A stretch of 64,000 bases of DNA, from positions 96,001 to 160,000 of the forward strand of contig CAVSHB010000001.1 in assembly GCA_963727775.1 (NCBI GenBank). The letters run 5' to 3'. The stretch comes from an uncultured Nitrospiraceae bacterium (lineage in GTDB: Bacteria; Nitrospirota; Thermodesulfovibrionia; Thermodesulfovibrionales; SM23-35). This document shows, piece after piece, positions 9,320 through 17,947 of this stretch (its first letter is position 1; the number at the start of each line of letters is the position of its first letter). A model generated the notes under the pieces. The model saw only the letters and a list, made by a program, of their open reading frames with translations. It was not told the origin of the DNA and did no database searches. A program made the position numbers and the translations under genes.

Positions 9320-10321
9320 TCAAAGTGGTTGCCCATAATTTCGGACCCCTGAACAACGGGGGTCCGCTGCATCAAATGACCGGTAAAAATAGTAGCTATG
9401 GGCGGGACACCCACCCATACAGGAAGAATAATGTTTACAGGTCTCGATCAGACATATATTTTTACCGTATTTTTTGAAATCGGCTAATATGGGATTTCTC
9501 AATAGCTTATCTATTCCTTCTTCCAGTAAATTCCCAAGGCAAAATTCTTTAAAGCCAAAAAACAGGTTGCACGGGAAAGCGGAGCCGTCAGGCATTACCG
9601 CTATCTTTGATATGCCGGCGTCGCATCTGCTATGGGCTTGCACGCCATACTTATAGAACCCTGAAGCCGCTACAAAACCTGTATCCAACGTTCCCTTCAG
9701 GTCTGTTTTTATTTCTGAATATATTTCCATGAATTCAGGGAATGAAAAAGAGGAATGTTTATTGCCTATAATATCCTCATGCAGTAGATAATATCGTTTA
9801 ACCCCAAGGTTTGCAAGATAAGAAGCAAGGTCGCGGATTTCATCCTTATTTTTCTGTAGCAAAGTGCTTTTCACGACCGGACTTTTCCCTGATGCAAGCA
9901 TCTGTTTAATCCCGGTGACGGCTTTGTCGAAATTGTACGACATGGTCAACGAGTTGTGTGTTTTTGAAAACCCATGTACGGAAAATCCGACATTCATCCT
10001 CTCAGTCCGGATTTCTGAAAACCGGTCCACAACCTCGGGGAGGCTGCCGTTTGTGCTGATATTGACCGTTATATTAAAGCCGGTAACATCTTTCACGAAA
10101 TCCCTCATCCATGGAACGAGCATGGGCTCGCCGCCGAGTATATCTATCTCGGAGAGGCCGGTTTTTATAAGCATATCGACAAGGGAATATGCATCTCCGG
10201 CGTTCATGTCCTTTTGCGGAACCGGTCCTGATATGTTATGGTTAAAGCAAAAACAGCAGGTTTGATTGCATCTCAATGTCGGATAAAGCTGTATAAATGA
10301 AGGATGGTCCACTTTTCTCAA
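9320..10321 (-). CDS. Radical SAM/SPASM domain protein
   Basis: CNQTCCFC, GGEP, C-terminal CDAG...PDG..FPC...CxxxxxCMGGC. Confidence 0.88.
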   Translation of the reverse strand: MRKVDHPSFIQLYPTLRCNQTCCFCFNHNISGPVPQKDMNAGDAYSLVDMLIKTGLSEIDILGGEPMLVPWMRDFVKDVTGFNITVNISTNGSLPEVVDRFSEIRTERMNVGFSVHGFSKTHNSLTMSYNFDKAVTGIKQMLASGKSPVVKSTLLQKNKDEIRDLASYLANLGVKRYYLLHEDIIGNKHSSFSFPEFMEIYSEIKTDLKGTLDTGFVAASGFYKYGVQAHSRCDAGISKIAVMPDGSAFPCNLFFGFKEFCLGNLLEEGIDKLLRNPILADFKKYGKNICLIETCKHYSSCMGGCPAHSYYFYRSFDAADPRCSGVRNYGQPL

Positions 10322-10422
10322 GTATAATCAATCTTGACATTATTTTCTAACATGGTAGTATTGTCTAATAAAAACACGGCAAGAATTCTTATTATACAAA
10401 TCTGACTATATTTGGAGGAGTT

Positions 10423-10923
10423 ATGAATGCAATCGAGCTGTCAATAAAAATGGAAAAGGATGCAATAGATTTTTATACTGAAGCCGCCGGCAAGACAAAA
10501 CACCCGGTCGCGAAAAAGATGTTCCTGTCTATAACGGAAGACGAAAAAAGACATCTGCATATGCTTTCTCAAATATTCAAGGAAGTTGACATAAAGATTG
10601 ACGAAGTCAGTCCGATGAAGAATATGCAGACGATCTTTAAGGCCTTGAAGGACGCTATGATGCAAAGAGTTGAAGCAACTTCGGATGAACTTGAGGGGTT
10701 TAAGATTGCCTCGCAGATGGAAAAAGAGGGAATTGAATTCTATAAAAAAGCAGGGGCCGAGGCTAAGAAAGAAAAAGAGAAGGCCCTTTTTGAGAGGCTT
10801 GTCAAAGAAGAGCAGCAACACTATGATATTTTTGCAAATACATATTTTTTCCTTAAAGACACCGGAAACTGGTTTATGTGGGAGGAGCACAGTATTGTCG
10901 ATGGAGGCACGCCCTGGGCTTAA
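10423..10923 (+). CDS. Ferritin-like / rubrerythrin-family protein
   Basis: Duplicated E...FY...EExxH diiron motifs. Confidence 0.85.
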   Translation: MNAIELSIKMEKDAIDFYTEAAGKTKHPVAKKMFLSITEDEKRHLHMLSQIFKEVDIKIDEVSPMKNMQTIFKALKDAMMQRVEATSDELEGFKIASQMEKEGIEFYKKAGAEAKKEKEKALFERLVKEEQQHYDIFANTYFFLKDTGNWFMWEEHSIVDGGTPWA

Positions 10924-10983
10924 TGTTCCGGCGGGATTTGCCGGCGGAATTTGAATAATCAAACTTTTATAGGAGGATTGTTT

Positions 10984-11238
10984 ATGGGGTACACTAAAGT
11001 TGCATTAGAAGATAAAATCCTTGAGATGTATCCCGAGATTTCAAAAAATGGGATCTCGGTCAGCCTTGATTTTGATGAATCTAAAAACGCCTATATTGTA
11101 AAATTCAAAAAAGACGCAAAAGAACTTACTACGCATATTGAAAAAAAGGATGCCGACGATTGTATGAATAATATTAAATGTGTTTATCTCGGCGTCCAGA
11201 TCGGGCAGTTCATAAAAAATTTTGAGATAAGAAGGTAA
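10984..11238 (+). CDS. Hypothetical protein
   Basis: SD AGGAGG before ATG 10984; co-oriented with flanking redox genes. Confidence 0.7.
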   Translation: MGYTKVALEDKILEMYPEISKNGISVSLDFDESKNAYIVKFKKDAKELTTHIEKKDADDCMNNIKCVYLGVQIGQFIKNFEIRR

Positions 11239-11441
11239 GTTTTTTTGACGGGATTTCCGGGTACCTTTTATTTCTTCAAGATAATAAAAGAGCGCCCCAT
11301 GACTTCAGAAAGAATCCGGGTTGCTTGAAACAGAATGTGCTCTCATGTAAAAATAGAGATTATGTCCTCTCTGTTGCTTTTTGGATTGAAGGGCAAATAG
11401 AGAGGACCTGTCACTAAAATTTAACTTTAAGGAGGTAAGGT

Positions 11442-11627
11442 ATGCCGAAGCCGGTTGTAAATGAAGATGCATGTGAAGGGTGTGCTTCATGCGAGGAGTT
11501 ATGCCCTGAAGTGTTCAAAGTAGGAGATGATGGTAAAGCACATGTTGTAGGGCCGGACAAATGCAGCACTTGCGACTGCCAGGAAGCAGCAGATATATGT
11601 CCTGTCCAGGCCATAACAATAGAATAA
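11442..11627 (+). CDS. Ferredoxin (single 4Fe-4S/3Fe-4S type)
   Basis: CEGCASCEELCP...ADICPVQAI; strong SD AAGGAGGT. Confidence 0.92.
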   Translation: MPKPVVNEDACEGCASCEELCPEVFKVGDDGKAHVVGPDKCSTCDCQEAADICPVQAITIE

Positions 11628-11634
11628 TATTTTT

Positions 11635-11676
11635 AAAAAATAAAGGCCGGTAATAAAAACGGCCTTTATTTTTTTT
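11635..11676. terminator. Bidirectional intrinsic terminator
   Basis: AAAAAATAAAGGCCG...CGGCCTTTATTTTTT between convergent genes. Confidence 0.8.
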
Positions 11677-11706
11677 AAAATCTATTTTTAAATTACCGTA
11701 CTGTTA

Positions 11707-11769
11707 TCAGCAAGAGCTTTTGCACTTGCATGTCGTTGAAATCCCCTTCGATACCTTTTTAATTTTCAT
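11707..11769 (-). CDS. 20-aa Cys-rich peptide MKIKKVSKGISTTCKCKSSC, candidate RiPP precursor
   Basis: Not in the ORF track; SD AAGGGGGTG just upstream of the ATG; 42 bp after the rSAM stop; ends TGA TAA; followed by the terminator. Confidence 0.7.
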   Translation of the reverse strand: MKIKKVSKGISTTCKCKSSC

Positions 11770-11811
11770 AATTCACACCCCCTTTCATGGAACAATCTGA
11801 GGACACACCGC

Positions 11812-12948
11812 TTATTTTTTGATTATATCATATAAATTGCATTTATAAAGGTCTTTCCCTGACGGGCCGCTGAGGAGCGACGCTCTGAACCTGCATCCCC
11901 CCCTGCACAACTCGGTATAATTACAATCACAATCCAACTCATTAAGTCTGACAGGCCTGATCCTTTGCCAGCATTTTCCGAGACCGTCCTTAATTTTGCC
12001 GATCGGACTGTCGGAATAAAATGTGCATTTTGCGACCCTGCCGTCAGCCATTACCGCCATGAGATGCAAGCCGCAGGCAAAACCTGAAGCGCCTGAATGA
12101 GGACCTCCTCCGCGTCCGTACCCGAGATACTTCCCTCCTGTTTCCGGGCTGACCTGAAATCCGGCGTTTTCTTTTAACCGGCCGGTTGCGCATGGAACAT
12201 CAACATTCCAGTCTTTTATCCCCATGCCGTAAAACAATTTTTCCATTCCGTCAAAATCTCCAAGATTTCCGTGGTGGACCATTGTTGAGACTGATACTTC
12301 AAATCCGCAGCCGACGGCAAGTTCGGCAGCTTCGATCGCCGACCTGAACGAACCTTTTCCCCTTAACGCATCATGCGCCTCTTCAAGACCGTCTATACTG
12401 AGTTGGATCTCATCCACATTCAGGTGAATAAGTATTTTTTTATTCAACAATAATCCGTTTGTAAACAGGACCTTTCGCAAAAGAAAATCAGGGAGCATAT
12501 CATTGATTTCCCGAAATCTGCCATGGATGAGCGGTTCTCCGCCTGTAATGAGGACCCTCAAGCCCTGCATATTCTCAAATTCTCTCAGGATATCTCTAAT
12601 CTGAGTAACTGAAAGCTCTGAAAATGTTGTATCGCCAATATAACAATGCCTGCACCTAAGATTACACTTGTTCGTTATCTGTAATTCGAGATACCGCAGG
12701 GAGGGCCGGGGAGATTCAATCACTGCAGGACGTTTCAATAAGACTTTGTCCCTGGTCAGTATTCTTTCTTCGAGGCAATAATCTATAAAATTGCTGTCTT
12801 CGCTATCGCATCCGGTCACGGATGCGCATCTCTGAAGAAACTCAAATGAACTGTCATCAAGCTCATAGAGGTCGTCCTTTTTAATATGGTAAACAGACGG
12901 CGTTTCAAGCCATTTAAGGACCGATTCCCGTGAAAGAAAATACTTCAT
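11812..12948 (-). CDS. Radical SAM/SPASM protein with N-terminal RRE-like extension, candidate peptide maturase
   Basis: About 80-aa N-terminal domain (PSVYHIKKDDLYELD...), CNLRCRHC, TGGEP, C-terminal CxCxxxxxCRGGC. Confidence 0.85.
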   Translation of the reverse strand: MKYFLSRESVLKWLETPSVYHIKKDDLYELDDSSFEFLQRCASVTGCDSEDSNFIDYCLEERILTRDKVLLKRPAVIESPRPSLRYLELQITNKCNLRCRHCYIGDTTFSELSVTQIRDILREFENMQGLRVLITGGEPLIHGRFREINDMLPDFLLRKVLFTNGLLLNKKILIHLNVDEIQLSIDGLEEAHDALRGKGSFRSAIEAAELAVGCGFEVSVSTMVHHGNLGDFDGMEKLFYGMGIKDWNVDVPCATGRLKENAGFQVSPETGGKYLGYGRGGGPHSGASGFACGLHLMAVMADGRVAKCTFYSDSPIGKIKDGLGKCWQRIRPVRLNELDCDCNYTELCRGGCRFRASLLSGPSGKDLYKCNLYDIIKK

Positions 12949-13062
12949 CGTCTTATTTTACAAGAACACGGACTACTCTGCTATCCGTGCCGCATATTTA
13001 AATTTTATGATATACTAAAAAAGTCTTTTACCTCGCACCAAGCTATAAGGAAGCAGAGTTTT

Positions 13063-14493
13063 ATGACGACTTCAAAAGCAATAATCCTTTGTGTTGATGA
13101 TGATCCTGATCTTCTGGACATCAATTCAAATATATTGCAACAGGCAGGGTATGAAGTACTGAAGGCCTCTACAGGCAATAAATGCCTTCGCATGACTAGG
13201 GAAAAGCGGCCTGATCTGGTTTTACTTGATGTTATCCTCCCTGATATCGACGGGTACGATGTTTGCCGCCAAATCAAGGATACTCCTGAATTAGCGGGGA
13301 CTTATGTGGTCATGATATCGGGGATGGAGACTTCCTCCGAAAAGCAGATAAAGGGGCTTGAAGCGGGGGCGGACGGATATGTCGCGCGTCCGATTTCAGC
13401 ACAGGAGCTCCTGGCCCGTGTTCAGGCGATGATCAGGATCAAACAGACGGAAACAGCCCTCCGTAAAAGTATGGAAAGATACCAGACGCTGGTCGAAACG
13501 ATGAATGAAGGCGTGGGGATAGTAGACAAAAACGCATTGGTTACCTTTGTTAATGAAAAAACCTGTGAAATAATCGGATACCCGCGTGATGAGATTATCG
13601 GGCGTCCTGTGACTGATTTTCTTGACGTTATCAGCCGTAAGGTATTCATAGAGCGTATGGCAGAGGAAAAGAGGGGAATATCCGTCCCTTTTGAATTAAC
13701 ATGTATTAACAAAGACGGGCATAAAATTTATGTGAATATATCATCCAGGCCGATTATTGAGGAGGGGGGCAACTACAGGGGCGGCTTTGCCGTTATAACC
13801 GATATAACGGCGCGTAAACAGGCTGAGGCGAGGATTAAGAAACTGAATGAGGAACTTGAAAAACGCGTTGTCGGGCGCACGAAACAACTTCAGGCGGTCA
13901 TTGAAGAGCTGGAGAACGAAATCATTGACCGCAAGAGGGCTGAAGGAGCTCTTAAAAAAAGCGAAGAGCAGTTCCGTGCAATTTTTAATGCAGCTCATGA
14001 TTCTATCTTTATCAAAGATTACTCACGCAGATACCTGCGGATCAATCCCTCAATGGAGCAACTTTTTAATATGCCCGCATCGGAATTAATCGGAAAGACA
14101 GACGAAGAGTTATTCGGAGAGCAGGTGGGAAAACATACAAGGGAAGTTGACAAACGTGTCCTGAAGGGAGAGATTATTGAAGAAGAGCATACCAGGCCTG
14201 TTAAGGATGATTTCAGGACGTTCCATGTCGTAAAAGCTCCGATGCGGGACGATGCCGGAAAAATCGTTGGGATTTGCGGTATTGCCCGCGATATCACGGA
14301 GCGCAAGCTTGACGAGGTAACCTTAATGAGATATGCCGAAAGGCTTCGCTCTCTTTTTAACCGTTTGTTTGAAATACAGAAAGCCGAAGGACGGGACATT
14401 GCACAGGAACTGCATGACGAAATCGGGCAGGCTTTGACCGGGATTAAGCTTGCTGTCGACATGATGAAAAAGTCCCGATCAAATGATATCTGA
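13063..14493 (+). CDS. REC-PAS-PAS signalling protein ending in a truncated HisKA_3 domain
   Basis: Receiver (VDDD, LLDVILPD), two PAS/PAC (DITARK, DITERK), IAQELHDEIGQ H-box, stop soon after with no ATPase domain. Confidence 0.8.
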   Translation: MTTSKAIILCVDDDPDLLDINSNILQQAGYEVLKASTGNKCLRMTREKRPDLVLLDVILPDIDGYDVCRQIKDTPELAGTYVVMISGMETSSEKQIKGLEAGADGYVARPISAQELLARVQAMIRIKQTETALRKSMERYQTLVETMNEGVGIVDKNALVTFVNEKTCEIIGYPRDEIIGRPVTDFLDVISRKVFIERMAEEKRGISVPFELTCINKDGHKIYVNISSRPIIEEGGNYRGGFAVITDITARKQAEARIKKLNEELEKRVVGRTKQLQAVIEELENEIIDRKRAEGALKKSEEQFRAIFNAAHDSIFIKDYSRRYLRINPSMEQLFNMPASELIGKTDEELFGEQVGKHTREVDKRVLKGEIIEEEHTRPVKDDFRTFHVVKAPMRDDAGKIVGICGIARDITERKLDEVTLMRYAERLRSLFNRLFEIQKAEGRDIAQELHDEIGQALTGIKLAVDMMKKSRSNDI

Positions 14494-14827
14494 GCCGGCA
14501 TTAATAAAAGTATTAATTAAAAAACTCTGTAAGAAGTTCTGCCCTTATTACAAGCCTTCAAAAAATAATGAACTTGCCTGTATGGGGTCCATTGTAGTAG
14601 AAAGATTGCTGAACAAAAACGGAAATATCCCTTTTGATAAGCCGGAGAAACTCGATGATGTTACCGGAAAAAAACTTGCGCAGACAATGTGCCCCGCCTG
14701 TCCTTTTTATGAAAGCGATTGCGATTTTGTCCAGTCGGGTCTTGCACCTTGCGGCGGGTTTATTTTATTGGGAAATCTGCTTGAAAAGAATACTATTAGT
14801 ATTGACGATATCAGGAATATCATCTAA
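14483..14827 (+). CDS. Cys-rich hypothetical protein
   Basis: CxxxC, CPAC, CDF, PCGG; overlaps the upstream stop. Confidence 0.65.
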   Translation: MISEPALIKVLIKKLCKKFCPYYKPSKNNELACMGSIVVERLLNKNGNIPFDKPEKLDDVTGKKLAQTMCPACPFYESDCDFVQSGLAPCGGFILLGNLLEKNTISIDDIRNII

Positions 14828-14873
14828 ACTTTAGATAAAAGTAAATATGATTTTGTGCTTATAGGGAGGATTT

Positions 14874-15341
14874 ATGGTAAATTTTTCAATCAGAGAGATC
14901 GTCGAGCAGGCAATTCAGACCGAAAAACTCGGTAACGAATTTTATGCCAAGATGGCGGTGAAATTTAAGGAACATGATGAACTGAAAAAGCTTTTCGATC
15001 TCCTTGCAGCGCATGAATTAAAGCACGGGAAAAGCTTCTCAGAACTCGTGAATAAGATAAGGGATGAAATGCCTGAAGGCTGGGACGAGGTATCCTTGTA
15101 TTTAAAAGCGATTGTTGATTCGGAATTTTTTCTCGGTAAAGACAAATGCCTGCCGTCACTTGAGCATGTTAAGACAGCAGCTGAGGCTATCGATTTTTCG
15201 CTTTGTTTTGAGAGGGAAACCCTGCTTTATTACCACACGCTGAGAGAAACATTAACGGAAAAAGACGTTATCGATGCGATTATAAGGGAAGAGAGAAGCC
15301 ATATCATATGGCTGAATAATTTAAGGAAGAGTTTTATATAG
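14874..15341 (+). CDS. Ferritin-like / rubrerythrin-family protein
   Basis: AIQTEKLGNEFY, HELKH, FERETLLYY, EERSH. Confidence 0.85.
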   Translation: MVNFSIREIVEQAIQTEKLGNEFYAKMAVKFKEHDELKKLFDLLAAHELKHGKSFSELVNKIRDEMPEGWDEVSLYLKAIVDSEFFLGKDKCLPSLEHVKTAAEAIDFSLCFERETLLYYHTLRETLTEKDVIDAIIREERSHIIWLNNLRKSFI

Positions 15342-15393
15342 AATACCCTTCTCAGACCCCCTTCCAAAGCAGGAGATCAAAGGGCGAGTTCAC

Positions 15394-17118
15394 TTGGACT
15401 ATTCGATTAAGATAGGCGGCGAGGCCGGCCAGGGTATTCAGACAATCGGCGATACCCTTGCGAGGGTTTTTTCGAGGGCGGGATACCATGTCTTTACCCA
15501 TCAGGATTACGAGTCCCGAATAAGGGGCGGCCACAATTTCTTCCAGGTAAGATTATCGGACAGCCCTGTCACGGCATCGAGAGAAAAAATTGACATTATC
15601 GTTGCCCTGGACAAAGAAAGCATATCGCTCCATGAAAAAGAACTTTCGGAGAAAGGTCTTATAATCTACGACTCGTCTGCCTTAAAAGAGAATCACGTCA
15701 AGTCTTATTTCTTTGATGTCCCTTTCACAAATTTAGCCATTGAGTATGGCGGGAACAAGATCATGGCGAACACCGTTGCTACCGGGGCTGTATTGGGGAT
15801 GCTGAGGCTTACCCCGGATATCCTCACAGGTATTATTGAATCTGCATTTCAAAAGAAGGGCGAAGATATTATAAAATCCAACATTCAGGCTGCAAAGGCA
15901 GGATATGATTTTGCTGTAAGCCACTGCGCGCAATGTCCCTTTTCTTCTGCGCCCTTCTCAGGACCAAAGATGCTGATTGCCGGAAGTGAGGCCATCGCAC
16001 TCGGGGCCATTGCCTCCGGCTGTAAATTTTATTCGGCCTACCCGATGACTCCTTCTACCGGGATTATGAATTATCTCGCGGACAAAGAAAAGGAATACGG
16101 GATCGTTGTTGAGCAGGCGGAGGATGAGATTGCGGCGATAAATATGGCCTTAGGCGCGTCCTTCGCAGGAGTAAGGGCAATGACAGGGACCGCCGGAGGA
16201 GGGTTTGCATTAATGGTTGAAGGGCTGTCGCTGGCAGGGATGACGGAGACCCCCATAGTTATCGCACTCGGACAAAGGCCTGCGCCGGCAACAGGTCTGC
16301 CGACAAGGACGGAACAGGCTGACCTGCTATTTGCCGTACATGCGGCACATGGAGAATTCCCGAGGGCCATATTTGCGCCGGCCACTCCTGAACAGGCATT
16401 TTATCTTACGAATAAGGCATTTGATATTGCAGAGAAATATCAGATCCCTGCCTTTGTGATTTTCGACCAGTACCTTGCCGATTCAGGGTGGACGTTTGAA
16501 GGGTTTGATTTAAGCAGGACCATATTTAAGGATTACAGAATAAGGACCGGTGAACTGGAGAAACTCGAAGATTATAAAAGACATGCCCTAACAGACACCG
16601 GGGTTTCCCCTTTGGGCATCCCCGGCGATTCAAGGCACCTGATTGTAACAGACAGCGACGAGCATGATGAAGCAGGGCATATCACAGAAGATGCTGAAAC
16701 AAGAATAAAAATGGTCCGGAAAAGACTGTTCAAAAAGCTGCCGCTGATCAGAGAGGAAATAGGACAGCCTTTTTTTTATGGGAACAGTCATCCGGAAATT
16801 GTAATCGTCGGCTGGGGCTCTACCTTCGGAGTAATGAAAGAGATTGTAGATATCCTTTCAAGCGGCAAGAACATTGCCCTGTTGCATTTTACAGAGGTTT
16901 ATCCGTTCCCTTTGCCTGAGAAATTTGATTACCTCAAAATTCTGAATGGCTCAAAGCTCAGTGTCTGTATCGAAAACAACGCCACAGGACAGTTTGCGCG
17001 CCTTATCCGTGCGGAGGCCGGATACGAATTCAAGACAAGGATCAATAAATATGACGGGAGACCTTTTACTGTAGAAGGTCTTTTAGGTGAACTGGATGCC
17101 CACATCGGAAGATTATAA
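15394..17118 (+). CDS. 2-oxoacid:ferredoxin oxidoreductase, fused gamma-alpha subunit
   Basis: GGEAGQG, ESRIRGGH, YPMTP, EDEIAA, TGLPTRTEQ. Confidence 0.93.
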   Translation: MDYSIKIGGEAGQGIQTIGDTLARVFSRAGYHVFTHQDYESRIRGGHNFFQVRLSDSPVTASREKIDIIVALDKESISLHEKELSEKGLIIYDSSALKENHVKSYFFDVPFTNLAIEYGGNKIMANTVATGAVLGMLRLTPDILTGIIESAFQKKGEDIIKSNIQAAKAGYDFAVSHCAQCPFSSAPFSGPKMLIAGSEAIALGAIASGCKFYSAYPMTPSTGIMNYLADKEKEYGIVVEQAEDEIAAINMALGASFAGVRAMTGTAGGGFALMVEGLSLAGMTETPIVIALGQRPAPATGLPTRTEQADLLFAVHAAHGEFPRAIFAPATPEQAFYLTNKAFDIAEKYQIPAFVIFDQYLADSGWTFEGFDLSRTIFKDYRIRTGELEKLEDYKRHALTDTGVSPLGIPGDSRHLIVTDSDEHDEAGHITEDAETRIKMVRKRLFKKLPLIREEIGQPFFYGNSHPEIVIVGWGSTFGVMKEIVDILSSGKNIALLHFTEVYPFPLPEKFDYLKILNGSKLSVCIENNATGQFARLIRAEAGYEFKTRINKYDGRPFTVEGLLGELDAHIGRL

Positions 17119-17947
17119 AGGACAGACCCCTGCGTGGTGTCCCGGATGCGGAAACTTCGGCATCCTTAAAGCATTTAAAGACGCGGTGGTTGAACTCGGC
17201 TTAGAGCCGCATCAGTTTACGATTGTCTCCGGTATAGGCCAGGCGGGGAAATTCCCTCACTATTTGAGATGCAATATGTTCAACGGCCTTCACGGGAGAC
17301 CTTTGCCTGTCGCAACGGGAATTAAACTTGCCGATCATGAAATGCTTGTAATCGCTGTCGCAGGGGATGGAGACTCTTACGGGGAAGGCGGCAACCACCT
17401 TCTGCATGCAATGAGAAGGAACATCAATGTGAAGCTCTTTGTGCACGACAACCAGATATACGGCCTTACAAAGGGGCAGGCGTCTCCTACGAGCATGGAA
17501 GGTATGATCACGAAGAATCAGCCCTTCGGTGTTTTCTCTGAACAACTGAACCCGATGGCGTTGGCAGTGGCCAATGACTGCAGTTTTGCGGCGAGAGGAT
17601 TTGCAGGTGATGTTGAACACCTGAAAGGTTTGATTACGGAGGCGATAAACCATAAAGGATTCTCATTGGTTGACATACTCCAGCCATGCGTGACATTTAA
17701 TAAAATAAATACCTACGACTGGTACAGGCAGAGAGTCTATTATATCGAGTCTGAACACAGGCCTGAAGACAGGATGGAAGCTTTCAAAAAAGCACTCGAA
17801 TGGGGGGACCGTATTCCTATCGGTATAATCTACAAAAACCGCCGCCCTGTTTTGGAAGAGAGAATACCGGTGATTAAGGACAAGCCCCTGGTAAAGCAAG
17901 CTTTTGATTCATCAAAAATAGAGACAACGCTGAAAGAATTCTATTAA
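17096..17947 (+). CDS. 2-oxoacid:ferredoxin oxidoreductase, beta subunit
   Basis: WCPGCGN, GDGD TPP motif, YGLTKGQASPT. Confidence 0.93.
   Translation: MPTSEDYKGQTPAWCPGCGNFGILKAFKDAVVELGLEPHQFTIVSGIGQAGKFPHYLRCNMFNGLHGRPLPVATGIKLADHEMLVIAVAGDGDSYGEGGNHLLHAMRRNINVKLFVHDNQIYGLTKGQASPTSMEGMITKNQPFGVFSEQLNPMALAVANDCSFAARGFAGDVEHLKGLITEAINHKGFSLVDILQPCVTFNKINTYDWYRQRVYYIESEHRPEDRMEAFKKALEWGDRIPIGIIYKNRRPVLEERIPVIKDKPLVKQAFDSSKIETTLKEFY

Noticed and set aside
14491..14520. Selenocysteine read-through of the kinase TGA
   Set aside because: An in-frame TAA follows within nine codons and no kinase sequence resumes
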